From the IMG/VR virus record IMGVR_UViG_3300027714_000001, positions 1 through 64,000 of that record: DNA of 64,000 bases; one strand, given 5' to 3'. Shown here piece after piece: positions 10,565 through 21,264 of the stretch. Made by a program: the position numbers and the translations under genes. The DNA is from a virus. How positions within the stretch are numbered: the first letter of the stretch is position 1; each line of letters starts with the position of its first letter. A model generated the notes under the pieces. That model was not told the origin of the DNA and searched no databases. It saw nothing but the letters and a program-made list of their open reading frames with translations.

Positions 10565-12353
10565 TAATTAGCTCCGATATTTTATCCTTTTTAATAACAT
10601 TAATTCTGCTTGCCAGTGGGTGGGTATACCCATGACTAACTACAATAGAACATAGGTTAGTTTCGTTAAGTAATACTTCTATTAACGTATCTTTGCCTTG
10701 CTCGTCCAACACAGATACTACTTCGTCTAAGAACAGTAAGTCAATATCTACTTTTGAGATTGACGTCATCATTTTCCTAACAGCAAGTAGTGTAGATGTA
10801 TTGACTTTATTAAATTCTCCACTAGATAGTGACTTTATATCTACTTCAATACCATTATCGTACAAGTTTAACTGTAATTTACTATCATCTATTTTAAAAC
10901 CAAGTGCAAATTTTCCATCTGCTAAGACTTGTAAATATTCGTTAATTAAATCTTCAAATACTTTTACCATTGACTCTATCTTGTAAGCAATTAATCCTTT
11001 ACCTCCCATAGATTCTGTTAAGACTTTTAGTCTTTCGTAGAGTATTTTAGCTTCTTTTAGTTCTGCCTCGTTCTTTACAACCTGTTTCGTGAATGTGTCG
11101 AATTGATCCCGTAATATTTGTACTTGTGTATTATGTATATCAACTTTTCTATTCTTTGCATTTGCAGCAGAAATAATAGAAGTTTGAGTCGCTATTTTAG
11201 CATCTATGTCAGACATTTTACCCTGTAATATTTGTACTTGTAAAATCTCGCAATCAATCGTAGGATCATAAGCTTCTGTAGCTTTAGCCAACTTATTCCA
11301 ATATATCTCATAAGTTTTGTACTTACTTTCTAAAGCTTGCGCGCTTGCTAATTCTAGTTTTGATCTTTTTACGTCTAGGGTAATGTAGTCTACTTTAGTC
11401 TTAGCTCTAGCTAGAAGCTCTAGAGTATCGTCTATATCTATTGACTGCTTACAGGTAGGACACTTGTTTTTTACAAGACTTAACTTTTTATGTTCAGCTA
11501 ATACAATATCTAGCTCTCGTACGAAGGCTTGGTGCTTTACAAGTAGGGGGGTAGAGCTATTAGGTACAATACTAATAACAGACACAGGGTTGTCTATAAG
11601 AGTCTTCCATACGTCATGTGCTGTATTATTTGATTTTCTAACTTTGTTAGACAGCTCAAGATTTGTGAGGTCTGCGTGGATATTCATTTTTTCTTTAAGC
11701 AATTGAGGGTCATTCTCAGGAACAGTTATTAATTTTTGAACCTCTGCTATTACGGAGTTAGTTTCAAGCCATTGGGTAGCTGCCGTAGCTGCTCCTTGTA
11801 CATTATCCAGTTTCTCCTTCTGCTGCTTAAGCGCTTCTTTAAGAGTCTTTTCTGTTTCAACATAGTCTTCCAATCCTAGTAGTGATATAAGAAATTTCTT
11901 TCTATTTGCATCTGTAGCACCTAAGAAGTCTAGGCTGCTTGATATTGACTGATAAACTAGTTTAGTAAATGTGGTGAAATCCATACCAAGAGTAGTCTCT
12001 ACAGTTTTGTATGTCTGCGTAGTAGTGTGTCCACTAATTTCTTCATCATTTTTAAATAGTTTTACTTTGCTTGTGCTTCCTACTCTTTTATCTAAAAAGT
12101 AGTGGTCTTGCCCTACATCAAACTGCACAGATATAGCATAAGTTTTATCTTTAGTATATCTGTTTACTAACTCAGACTTCTTAATGCCTCTAGAGTTTTT
12201 GTTGTATAAGGCTTCTTCGAGTATAGTAGGAATAGAAGATTTACCTGCTCCATTCTCTCCTACTAGCTGAGTAACTCCACTACCTACACGGAACACATTA
12301 TTTGTCCCGTAGCTAAGTATGTTACTAAAGCCTATGCTGTTAATTTTAATCAT
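10557..12353 (-). CDS. D13: SbcC/Rad50-like recombination ATPase (T5 D13-like)
   Basis: Walker A GENGAGKS, CPTC zinc hook, LSSGE signature, LFLDE Walker B. Confidence 0.95.
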   Translation of the reverse strand: MIKINSIGFSNILSYGTNNVFRVGSGVTQLVGENGAGKSSIPTILEEALYNKNSRGIKKSELVNRYTKDKTYAISVQFDVGQDHYFLDKRVGSTSKVKLFKNDEEISGHTTTQTYKTVETTLGMDFTTFTKLVYQSISSSLDFLGATDANRKKFLISLLGLEDYVETEKTLKEALKQQKEKLDNVQGAATAATQWLETNSVIAEVQKLITVPENDPQLLKEKMNIHADLTNLELSNKVRKSNNTAHDVWKTLIDNPVSVISIVPNSSTPLLVKHQAFVRELDIVLAEHKKLSLVKNKCPTCKQSIDIDDTLELLARAKTKVDYITLDVKRSKLELASAQALESKYKTYEIYWNKLAKATEAYDPTIDCEILQVQILQGKMSDIDAKIATQTSIISAANAKNRKVDIHNTQVQILRDQFDTFTKQVVKNEAELKEAKILYERLKVLTESMGGKGLIAYKIESMVKVFEDLINEYLQVLADGKFALGFKIDDSKLQLNLYDNGIEVDIKSLSSGEFNKVNTSTLLAVRKMMTSISKVDIDLLFLDEVVSVLDEQGKDTLIEVLLNETNLCSIVVSHGYTHPLASRINVIKKDKISELINE

Positions 12354-13275
12354 TAACTATATCCTTGTATAGAGACATATAAGGAGCTGTGTCCTCTATA
12401 TTCTTAATATTGGTTAGATACTCTGCTAGTTCATCCTCTCGTGTGCCTTGCAGATTTAGTGTGCAAGGCGCGGATATATTTTTAGTGACCTTTTTTGACA
12501 GCAAAGAGTTGTCTCTGACTCCTGCCAGTTCTTCTAAGGTACCTTCTAGTTCGTATATTGTGTGGTGGTAGTCTGTAGGTATCATGTCAAGTTCTGAGCT
12601 AACTGTTTTCTTAATTAGCTGTGGCAGAAATAACTCTATCCACTCATGTTCTCCGGTCTCGCTGTCAATTAAAAACACTCCATTTGACCCTTTAGCTTCG
12701 TTACGATGAAACGAGGTAGTAAAAGGACTACCGGGATATAGTATGTTTAGTTGGGAACAGCTAGTACAGTGTAAATCTCCCGCAAATACTTTTTCATAAT
12801 CTTTGTACATATCTAAGTCAATCTCAGGTAGTACGTGTGGAGGAATCTCTGCTCTTACGTGGGTAAACGCGAACTTAGAACAGGCACTAGGCCATACTTT
12901 GTCTTTTATAATATTGTAGGGAATAAAGTCTATATCATGAATAGTTTGGAAATCTCTAATTAACCTAACACCCAAATCTTCTAACATGTCTGGTATATGA
13001 ATAAAGCAATCTACTTTCTTAGACATAAGTTCGTGATTACCTGGTATCATAATTATAGGTTTTGTTATACTACGTATAAAGCTGTACATTAGACCTACTT
13101 CTTCTACAGTGGGGGCAGCTACGTCTAGTAAGTCACCCCCAAATACGTGTATATCGCAATCTATCTTGTTTAGCTCTTTAGCCAACAACATAAATCTATT
13201 CCTTTGCCAACCTCTAGGAACATTTTTCTGCCCTAGTTTAATGTGTTGGTCTGCTGAGAAGCATATCTTAGCCAT
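12346..13275 (-). CDS. D12: SbcD/Mre11-like nuclease (T5 D12-like)
   Basis: DQH, GDLLD, GNHE, GDLH metallophosphoesterase motifs. Confidence 0.95.
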   Translation of the reverse strand: MAKICFSADQHIKLGQKNVPRGWQRNRFMLLAKELNKIDCDIHVFGGDLLDVAAPTVEEVGLMYSFIRSITKPIIMIPGNHELMSKKVDCFIHIPDMLEDLGVRLIRDFQTIHDIDFIPYNIIKDKVWPSACSKFAFTHVRAEIPPHVLPEIDLDMYKDYEKVFAGDLHCTSCSQLNILYPGSPFTTSFHRNEAKGSNGVFLIDSETGEHEWIELFLPQLIKKTVSSELDMIPTDYHHTIYELEGTLEELAGVRDNSLLSKKVTKNISAPCTLNLQGTREDELAEYLTNIKNIEDTAPYMSLYKDIVND

Positions 13276-13465
13276 CTATTTCTTCCTTAAATTTTATCAT
13301 TTCTTTAGCGTTGGTGGCTGCTTGTACAGGGTCACAGTAGTCTGAATCGCACTCTAGACACTCAGTAAACTTAAGTTCTAAAAAGGTTTCTTTGCCGTTA
13401 TACTCTACATGGTTAAGAGTTATTTGCTCTATTGCACCTTCTGCCCCGCATATTTCACAAATCAT
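13268..13465 (-). CDS. Small zinc-finger protein (YgiT/MqsA-N-like)
   Basis: CEIC...CLEC pairs. Confidence 0.6.
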   Translation of the reverse strand: MICEICGAEGAIEQITLNHVEYNGKETFLELKFTECLECDSDYCDPVQAATNAKEMIKFKEEIDG

Positions 13466-13512
13466 TCTATTCTCCTAAAACGAAAAAGGCGATCCGAAGA
13501 CCGCCCTTGTTA

Positions 13513-14181
13513 TTAATCTTCTAGTTCGTCGATAGCTTCTGCATCGTCAGATGGAGCAGGAGCAGCTTCTTTAGCTCCAGATAAGTGTTTCTCGATTCTT
13601 GCTGATTGCTCTGCATAAGTTTCTAGAGGAAACAATTCTTCCATTGTCTTAGACTCTGCAATAAGAGCTAAATCGTCATCTCCTAGGGGAGAAGACTTAC
13701 ACTTAAGTTGTCTTACAGTGTATTCTACGTTATAGGCTAGCGGTCCTGTTTTCTTACGGTTGACTGTCAACCAAGTACCTGTTTCTGTACAAGTAGGATC
13801 AATACCTAAGTCTTGCGCTACAGAAATTGTGTCGTTCATAATACCTTTCTTTAACTGTAAAACCTCGATGTTACCCGTAGCTTTGTTAATTACTTGACAT
13901 TTGTATGCCCACTGACATCTAAGGTCTTCGCCTTTATCGTTCTTGATACCCATGTCTCGTACAGGGCACGGACGGGAATTGTCAAACGTTTCTAAGTCAC
14001 GGTCGAACTGTAACGCTTCGAAAGGTAAATCTTTCTTGTTTGCACCAGTTACCCAGTAGGTAAAGTTAGGTAAAATACTCTGTGGCAAGATACGGAAAGT
14101 GTTGTCACCGTCTGCAAGCTTCATGTATTTAACTTCTGATTTTTTAGCGCCGCCGTGTAGTTTATTAAAGTCTATAGCCAT
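13513..14181 (-). CDS. D11: ssDNA-binding protein (T5 D11-like)
   Basis: KLADGDNTFRILP start, acidic C-tail, synteny. Confidence 0.85.
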   Translation of the reverse strand: MAIDFNKLHGGAKKSEVKYMKLADGDNTFRILPQSILPNFTYWVTGANKKDLPFEALQFDRDLETFDNSRPCPVRDMGIKNDKGEDLRCQWAYKCQVINKATGNIEVLQLKKGIMNDTISVAQDLGIDPTCTETGTWLTVNRKKTGPLAYNVEYTVRQLKCKSSPLGDDDLALIAESKTMEELFPLETYAEQSARIEKHLSGAKEAAPAPSDDAEAIDELED

Positions 14182-14184
14182 TTT

Positions 14185-14508
14185 TTATTTTTCCTTTTGA
14201 AATATTATGTAATTATCGGTTAGTGTTACTAGTGGGTTTTCTTTGACTACTTGCATTGGAATCCAGTTTGGTACTAGATCAAGTGAAAGATTAACTTCAC
14301 CTCTGTGCAAGTAGTCTTCATAGTTTCTTAGAGAACAAAGACCAAGATACTCGGCTTTGTGTCTGTCGGATAACCAAAAACTGTCCACTAAAGTCTTTGG
14401 TTTTACTATAAAATCGTGTCCTGTGTTATTCTGTTTGAAAGCTTCTAACATTAGACTAGGATCTCCGTGAGATACTATAAATATTGTTTCGTAATCAAAG
14501 AATCTCAT
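14185..14508 (-). CDS. Conserved T5-like hypothetical protein
   Basis: ATG 14508 with GAGGGG SD; position between D10 and D11. Confidence 0.65.
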   Translation of the reverse strand: MRFFDYETIFIVSHGDPSLMLEAFKQNNTGHDFIVKPKTLVDSFWLSDRHKAEYLGLCSLRNYEDYLHRGEVNLSLDLVPNWIPMQVVKENPLVTLTDNYIIFQKEK

Positions 14509-14520
14509 CTGCCCCCTCAT

Positions 14521-14657
14521 CATTTTAATACTATATAACAATTTTAGTTGTTAGTCAAGAAGTTTTTTAATTAGATTCTATATTCTGAATCTCTTTGCTT
14601 TTCCTTCTCATCATTTTAATACTATATAAGAATTTAGGCAGTTATGCAAGAAGTTTT
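14521..14657 (-). promoter_or_regulatory. Two tandem near-identical sigma70-type promoters
   Basis: TTGCAT-17-TATAGT and TTGACT-17-TATAGT in a ~91-bp direct repeat. Confidence 0.75.
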
Positions 14658-15965
14658 TTAAATTGAATCTATATCGCCCATCTCTTTAACTTTCCAACCT
14701 TGATTAATATAGAACCTTTTCCTAGCATTAACTTGACGTTTGCCCGTATTTCCTGACAGTCCTATATCAATAACTACAGGTGAGAACTTTCCTGGTAGCT
14801 CTCGCATAATACGACCTATTATCTGTTCTAGTAGCGGGTCATTATTTAAGGGGGCGCTTAGTATTACACAAGATAGGGCATTGATAGATACTCCTTCGCT
14901 AAATATTGACTGTGTTCCCCACATACATCTAGCTTCTGAGTCTAGGTCATTCATTTCGTCAAATATAGCTTGTCTATCTTTTATAGCACCTGTAACAAGT
15001 ACGCTATATTCTTTTGTTTTCATGTGTAAGTTTTCCAGAAAATCTGTCATAGTTCCTAAAGCAAGTACCTTATGTCCTGCGAATACGTAAGTGTCTGATA
15101 GGGTTAATACTTGTTGTATGTATTTAGGGTTGCTGTACAGCTTAGACATTACCGTAGTCCAAGGTATAAACTCGCTAGAGCTTAACTCTACTTTAGAAGT
15201 CCACAAATGTATAACTGGCTCCATCCTGTTTTCGTCTTTACCTATAAATAAGTCTTTACCAAAATAGTCAGGTAGCACACAGTGTAGTCCATCTTTACGT
15301 ATTAGAGTTCCTGATAGACCTACTTTGTGTTTAGCTTTCAAGGCATTTAATGTGTCTGTGAAAGTTTTTGCAGGACTACGATGTACTTCATCCGCAATGA
15401 TTAAACCAAACGTACCTGACAACTCTAAAGCCTTGTTTCGTAAAGTCTGTATGTTTCCTACTACAATATCTGGTGCTATATCGAATTTACCTCCTCCTAT
15501 GACACCACATTTAATACCAAACCACTTTTCTACTTCTTTAATCCACATGTCTCGTATAACTGTTGTAGTAGTTATAATAAGAGTCTTTTGTTGAAACTTA
15601 TGCGCTAGCCCTAGTCCTGCTATAGTCTTTCCCCAGCCTGGCTTAGCATTTACTAGCCCATTATGAGTTATTTGGTCTATGCAGTCTTGCTGGTCTTTCC
15701 GGGGCACAAATTTAGGCTTAGGTAGATTAATAGGAACTACTGCTCTCTTATCTATTATAGCATACTCGTCAGGTATAAGGTCTGCTCTGCCTGCGGGTAT
15801 TGTAACTACTTTATCAGACACTCTAGTAACATTTCTAATTATTACAGGGAATGGAGATACGGGTTGTTGACTAATTTCGTATGTAAGTTCTTCGCATAAC
15901 TTTAGGTCTAGTTCCGACCCTCTTTCGCAATTTATATATATTCTGTTAGATATTACTGCCTTCAT
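14658..15965 (-). CDS. D10: SF2 DNA helicase (T5 D10-like)
   Basis: AKPGWGKT, DEVH, LSGT, QIIGRIMR motifs. Confidence 0.95.
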   Translation of the reverse strand: MKAVISNRIYINCERGSELDLKLCEELTYEISQQPVSPFPVIIRNVTRVSDKVVTIPAGRADLIPDEYAIIDKRAVVPINLPKPKFVPRKDQQDCIDQITHNGLVNAKPGWGKTIAGLGLAHKFQQKTLIITTTTVIRDMWIKEVEKWFGIKCGVIGGGKFDIAPDIVVGNIQTLRNKALELSGTFGLIIADEVHRSPAKTFTDTLNALKAKHKVGLSGTLIRKDGLHCVLPDYFGKDLFIGKDENRMEPVIHLWTSKVELSSSEFIPWTTVMSKLYSNPKYIQQVLTLSDTYVFAGHKVLALGTMTDFLENLHMKTKEYSVLVTGAIKDRQAIFDEMNDLDSEARCMWGTQSIFSEGVSINALSCVILSAPLNNDPLLEQIIGRIMRELPGKFSPVVIDIGLSGNTGKRQVNARKRFYINQGWKVKEMGDIDSI

Positions 15966-16450
15966 ATTTTTTTCCTTGTAGACTTACGCATCTCATTACA
16001 AAGATCGTATAAGATGTAAGTTCTACCTATTCGCACGACTTGAGCATAGTTGTAATTTGCGTCTGTCACTGTGAATGTAGTGGGTACTTTGTCTAGTTTT
16101 ATCGCATAATGTCCCGCCTGTGTTTGCCACCTGCTTGTTATTCTGTGGCAACTAACTTCTGCAAACTCTTTAGGATTCCATCTAATTAGTGTGCCTGCTG
16201 CGTCCAAGAATAACTTGTACTTGCTAGAAATAATTTGACTCATACTAGTAATGATGTACTTTATCCTGTACAGTCCGTAAGGCTTATCTGTCTCACTAAG
16301 AAGCGCTACCCTACGCATAGGGTAACTACCTATCTTACTGGCTACATAGTCTAGTACGTATCTATTCTTATGAGTCTCTATTATTTTGTAGTTTCCTTCT
16401 TCGAATATTCTCAAATAAGGTCGTATTACGTAGAAAGGGAAGTTTATCAT
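15962..16450 (-). CDS. Conserved T5-like hypothetical protein between pol and D10
   Basis: Overlapping start/stop with neighbours; synteny. Confidence 0.7.
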   Translation of the reverse strand: MINFPFYVIRPYLRIFEEGNYKIIETHKNRYVLDYVASKIGSYPMRRVALLSETDKPYGLYRIKYIITSMSQIISSKYKLFLDAAGTLIRWNPKEFAEVSCHRITSRWQTQAGHYAIKLDKVPTTFTVTDANYNYAQVVRIGRTYILYDLCNEMRKSTRKKI

Positions 16451-18861
16451 ATAGCAGCAAGCTCGGGAAACATTTTAGCTAGTTTACCACAACCGTAGTC
16501 TTCTGAGCCACCTTCTTCTGAGTCTTGCTCAACACCGACTGGGCACCCAAGAATAGAACAGCCTCTGTCTATTTGAACATTGCGAACAATAAGTTCTAGA
16601 TAGTCAGGTACTAAGTCTTCTCGTACTTCTGCAACAATAGAGTCATGTACTAGCGCAAAAATAAGAGCATCCATACCTGTACGCATTATCTCGTTGTCTG
16701 CATCTACAGCACCTAATACTAAATGGTCTGAGCTTACAGATTGTATTACAGCATTAAAGCCTGAACGAACTTCTGCTGCGGCTACGCCTCTATCAACAGA
16801 GTTAATGTTGTGTAAACGTCTTTTACGACCGAAGTGATTGTATATAAATCCTTTAGCTTTAATCTGAGCATGACAGGCTTTAACCCATTTGTGTAGTTGT
16901 GGAAACTGTGCAAAGTAAGTCTGGATATAGCCTTTAGCAGTATCTACGTCACAGTCTTGTGGTAACCCTGCTTGGCCTAGAGCAATATTAATCTGCTCTG
17001 CAACACTAGCGGGTCCTGAGCCGTACAAAATACCGAAGTTAACAGCTTTAGCAGCTTGTCGCATATACGGGAACATTTTCTTTACTTGATTAGGCTCACA
17101 GTTTATCTTGAAAACCATGTGCGCTACAGTAGAGTGAAAGTCGGGGTACTTGCTAGGGTCTTTTTGCATATTAACAAAAATCTGTTGCATAGCTTTGTCA
17201 CCTGATAGTACAGCAGCATAATATACTTCTGCTGTTACCAAGTCAACTGCGACAATCTTGTATCCTGGCCTAGCTTTTACGCAACCCTTAATAATAGGAT
17301 TGTCTCTAGGAAGTTGCTGCATGTTAAATTTACCTGACGAACTAAGTCTACCTGAGCTGGTAGTTGTTAGGTTAAATCCTGTACGTACTCGGTTGTCTCT
17401 GTCAATAGCAGGCAACAACTTATCAATGTAAGTGTTCTTAAGCTTTGATTTTTGCTTAATGTTCATGATAAGCATAGGTATTTCGTGAAACTCTGCTAGT
17501 TCCATTAGCACTTCTGCATCAGTACATATAGCACCTGTATCAGTAAGCTTTCCTGTAGGATTAAGTCCGATAACATCAAACAGCAACTTTCTTAGTTGTA
17601 GTGGAGATGCAGGGTTAAATCTTTGTCCTTGTCCCTGTTCGAATATTTTTATTTCTTCGTAAGAGTACAGTTCTTCTTGTAATACTTCTATTTCTTGGGT
17701 AAGCAAAGTTTTAGCAAAGCGTAAACGATCTGCTGATACAGGAATGCCTCGGTCTTCCATCTTAGTAAGCAAATGTAGTGCAGGCAACATTAACTCATCG
17801 TAACATCTAAGAAGGTCGGCATTTTTTTCTAGTATAGGATAAAACTTGTGGTACAACTGTAGCGTTGCATCTGTGTCTTTAGCTGCATATATTTTTAGTA
17901 TGTCCCAAGGTATAAGATCATAACTAAATTCGCCTGCTTTTATCTTGTGAGTCTTACAGTAAGACTTTTTAAAGTCATCTAAGTCACGCTCGTAGTCGCC
18001 TAAGTTACCATACTTCATAGTAAGAGCTTTTAGTCCATGCGTACCTGTACGTTCGTCAAGTAAGTAATGTATAATCATAGTGTCGTGAACGTCACAACCT
18101 ATAAAGTTAGTACCTAGATGGTACTTGAAGAAGTGCATGTCAAACTTAGCATTATGAAACACTGTTCTACGGGTAGATACAATCTCTTGTAGTAAGTCAA
18201 TACATTCTTGGTCAAAGCAATCTGCGTCACAGTATATGCCTTGGTTGATTTCATGAGATATAGACATACCTAACATGTAGCCATCTCTAGCTGCTAATGC
18301 TGAGGTTTCTGAGTCTAGTCCTATAACTTTCCAGTTTGGGTTGTCTAGAACCATTACTAAGTAGCTTTTTATATCAGAAGTTTCTCTGTAGAACTCGTAA
18401 GTTCTTTCTATCTGCTCCTCGACTTTACCTTCTAGTAAATCTTTAAGTCTTGAAACTGTCTCGTCAAAAACAGGCCGGTTCTCCGGCTTAAACAATAGAA
18501 CCGCAGGGTTTATACTAACAAAGAAGTTAGTCTCATCATTCTTGCCTGGAGCTATTTTACCTGTGTAGTCTGAAACAGAAGATACTTTAGTAAACATCTT
18601 TACAGCTTCACTACCTATAAGAATTACTAGGTCGTATGCTTCTGAACAGAATCCTAAGTCCTCTTGGTCAGCCTCACCCTTAGCAATACGTTGTTGTACT
18701 ATAACATGTTCAGCTTTAGTTTGCACGACTAAGTCCACATCTTTCTTTAATAGACGTGTAACTTTTTTGCTGCTTAGATTGAATATATCAGGTTTTTGTA
18801 TGTTGAATGATTTCTCATAGTTTACCTTGCTTGGCATCTTTTGTATTACTGCTATTTTCAT
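16447..18861 (-). CDS. pol: Family A DNA polymerase with 3'-5' exonuclease
   Basis: DSET exo I, HNAKFD, YAAKD, SGRLSS, RQAAKAVNFGILYG, VHDS motifs. Confidence 0.97.
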   Translation of the reverse strand: MKIAVIQKMPSKVNYEKSFNIQKPDIFNLSSKKVTRLLKKDVDLVVQTKAEHVIVQQRIAKGEADQEDLGFCSEAYDLVILIGSEAVKMFTKVSSVSDYTGKIAPGKNDETNFFVSINPAVLLFKPENRPVFDETVSRLKDLLEGKVEEQIERTYEFYRETSDIKSYLVMVLDNPNWKVIGLDSETSALAARDGYMLGMSISHEINQGIYCDADCFDQECIDLLQEIVSTRRTVFHNAKFDMHFFKYHLGTNFIGCDVHDTMIIHYLLDERTGTHGLKALTMKYGNLGDYERDLDDFKKSYCKTHKIKAGEFSYDLIPWDILKIYAAKDTDATLQLYHKFYPILEKNADLLRCYDELMLPALHLLTKMEDRGIPVSADRLRFAKTLLTQEIEVLQEELYSYEEIKIFEQGQGQRFNPASPLQLRKLLFDVIGLNPTGKLTDTGAICTDAEVLMELAEFHEIPMLIMNIKQKSKLKNTYIDKLLPAIDRDNRVRTGFNLTTTSSGRLSSSGKFNMQQLPRDNPIIKGCVKARPGYKIVAVDLVTAEVYYAAVLSGDKAMQQIFVNMQKDPSKYPDFHSTVAHMVFKINCEPNQVKKMFPYMRQAAKAVNFGILYGSGPASVAEQINIALGQAGLPQDCDVDTAKGYIQTYFAQFPQLHKWVKACHAQIKAKGFIYNHFGRKRRLHNINSVDRGVAAAEVRSGFNAVIQSVSSDHLVLGAVDADNEIMRTGMDALIFALVHDSIVAEVREDLVPDYLELIVRNVQIDRGCSILGCPVGVEQDSEEGGSEDYGCGKLAKMFPELAAI

Positions 18862-18899
18862 ATTTATTCCTTTTCTTAATTTATAAAACCTATTATACG

Positions 18900-19772
18900 C
18901 TATATCCAGCTATTCTGCAAGTTGTTTCTCATATTTTCTAGGTGGTCGTCACTTAAAGTTGCAGGATCTTTTCCTTCTTTTAGACGAATAACATTAACTA
19001 CTAAATCTGTTTGCTGCTTTATCATATAGCTTAGGTTCTCTGCTGCTGCGTAGCCTGCTGCGTCCCCGTCCATCATAATATATATGGTATCTACTCCCAT
19101 AAGCAAAAACTGCTGTAAGTAGTCTAGCACATTGTCATACTTAACGCTTTTTGTTCCAAATATTGTTACTGCGTTAGTTAGTCCTTTACCATGTAAGTAT
19201 AATGCGTCCAGTAACCCCTCTACTAGTATTATAGAATTATTTAGCAATTTTATCTTGTTGGCGCTGGGGTACCACGGCAAGGATACTTCCGCAGGGTACA
19301 TCAAGTATTTTGGAGAAGCTTCTGAGTTTATATACCTCCCTTGAAATCCTACTGTAATTTCCCTATTGTCTGTTATAGGAAATACCATCCTACCTTCCAT
19401 ACCTATTTGATCTGATTTAAATGCTCCGAAACTTTTAATAATTTCGGCAGGTATACCTCTAAAAGGTTCATACATAAAAAAAGCGTCTGTGGGGGTTTCA
19501 AAACCTGACCAAGACGCTTTCCGTAGCTCATTCATTATATCTCTAGTAGCCTGTACTCTGCTGTTAAATATATTTCTATATTTATTGAAGCGAGTAAATA
19601 TGTTTCCTTTGTAGCCACAACCAAAACAGTGAAAAGTACCATCTTGACGATCTACTCGTAAAGATGGATTTGCATCATTATGGTCGGGGTTAAAGCATTT
19701 AACAAGAAGATCTTTTCCCTTACTAAAGAATCTTACTTCTTTTTCAGTTAATAATTTTTCTACTTCTGTCAT
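18900..19772 (-). CDS. DNA primase
   Basis: CFNPDHND...CFGC zinc finger, VEGLLD and DGD TOPRIM motifs. Confidence 0.95.
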   Translation of the reverse strand: MTEVEKLLTEKEVRFFSKGKDLLVKCFNPDHNDANPSLRVDRQDGTFHCFGCGYKGNIFTRFNKYRNIFNSRVQATRDIMNELRKASWSGFETPTDAFFMYEPFRGIPAEIIKSFGAFKSDQIGMEGRMVFPITDNREITVGFQGRYINSEASPKYLMYPAEVSLPWYPSANKIKLLNNSIILVEGLLDALYLHGKGLTNAVTIFGTKSVKYDNVLDYLQQFLLMGVDTIYIMMDGDAAGYAAAENLSYMIKQQTDLVVNVIRLKEGKDPATLSDDHLENMRNNLQNSWI

Positions 19773-21157
19773 ATTCCTAAGCCCTCTACTGCTTTTCCTA
19801 ATTTGCTATCTTCATCCTCTACAGGTTCTAGATCCTCAAGAACTACTGCTCTTGGGTCTATGCGTAGGGACGTCCAACTAATTCCAACTCTGTGTCTGCC
19901 TTCATCATTTGTACCTCTAGCTTTAGTAGTTTCTAATAACAAACTATTAGAGTCTTTAGAGTCTACTTTAAGTAGTTGTGCAACGTCAGCGGCATCTAGT
20001 ATTCCCTTAGAGAATCTAGCAATACCGTCTTCGTTCATTTGATAAGGACTTACTATACACATGTCATATTTCCTAGCTAAATTTTTTAGTGTCTTAGATA
20101 CTACAATCTGAGGTTTCCAATCGTACATATCTGTTGTACTATCTAGGACTAACTGGTTTAAGTAATCTACTACTCCCAGTCCTAGTTTGTCTCCATACTT
20201 TGATTTATATGTAGACAGTTTAGCATCAACTCCACCTACTGATAGGCTTCTGTCGTCTACTATTATAATTTTACCTTCTTCTTTTTCCTCACAAGTATCG
20301 TATAGTTCATCTTGAAAGTCAAAAATATCTACAGTCTTGCCTGAGTTAAAGTATTTATCGAAGACTTTATCGCCACCCTCGAACAAAGACGCCATAACTG
20401 CGGCCACTTTCCTAATATCATCGTCACATAGATTACCTTGTTTAAGGTCTGCGGTAGACACATCTGCGAGAATACATATTATTCTCTGCATAGTCTCACC
20501 AGCCGTCATTTCTATTGTGAAATAAATCGAAACATTCTTTTGTAGGTGTTGTTGTGCTACTAGGTTAGCGCAGAATATAGATTTTCCGCTACCGGCCTTA
20601 CCTCCAATAAGCACTAGCTCTTGTTTGTAATAACCTCCTGCTTCTTGATCCCATTCGTCGCAAACACCTGAGTAAACTTTTTGATTAAATAAAACGTCTG
20701 GTCTTTTAAATACTTTTATATCTGCTATAGTCTGCACACAGTTAGTAGAGGTAATCTTTTCTTCTAGTTTGTGTGTAAGTCCAGATACTTCGTCTAATAA
20801 AGAATGTCTGTCAGTCATGGAAATGGTTTCTAACATTCCGTCTATTAAATCTAAGATGGTATTTTGTGCGTATTGGTTAGCTAGTTCTTCTATGGCTACT
20901 TCTATATCTATAGGGCCTGGGTCTATTAATCTTAAAGAAGCTAAGGCAGATAAAACTTTTCTGTCCCGACTTCGGTAGACCTCTAATTCGCCTATATTGG
21001 GAATGTATCCCTTATCCTGATAGAAGCTATTTATGTGTTTTAATACTGAGGAGAAAGAGCTAGAGAAATAATCATTATTGATTTCTGAATAATATTTTAA
21101 AGCCTGTTCCCTGTCTTGTTGAAGGAGCAGATGTAGCGTTATTCCTTCTATATTCAC
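19769..21157 (-). CDS. Replicative DnaB-like helicase
   Basis: GGKAGSGKS, FTIEM, VDYLNQ motifs. Confidence 0.93.
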   Translation of the reverse strand: MNIEGITLHLLLQQDREQALKYYSEINNDYFSSSFSSVLKHINSFYQDKGYIPNIGELEVYRSRDRKVLSALASLRLIDPGPIDIEVAIEELANQYAQNTILDLIDGMLETISMTDRHSLLDEVSGLTHKLEEKITSTNCVQTIADIKVFKRPDVLFNQKVYSGVCDEWDQEAGGYYKQELVLIGGKAGSGKSIFCANLVAQQHLQKNVSIYFTIEMTAGETMQRIICILADVSTADLKQGNLCDDDIRKVAAVMASLFEGGDKVFDKYFNSGKTVDIFDFQDELYDTCEEKEEGKIIIVDDRSLSVGGVDAKLSTYKSKYGDKLGLGVVDYLNQLVLDSTTDMYDWKPQIVVSKTLKNLARKYDMCIVSPYQMNEDGIARFSKGILDAADVAQLLKVDSKDSNSLLLETTKARGTNDEGRHRVGISWTSLRIDPRAVVLEDLEPVEDEDSKLGKAVEGLGI

Positions 21158-21264
21158 TATTATACCTCAGTGTAATCTGGGAAGTATATATTTTCCATTA
21201 GTACCTCCTTAAAACAAAAAAGGGCGGCGAAAGCCACCCTCTTAATATAAATTACACCAGATTT

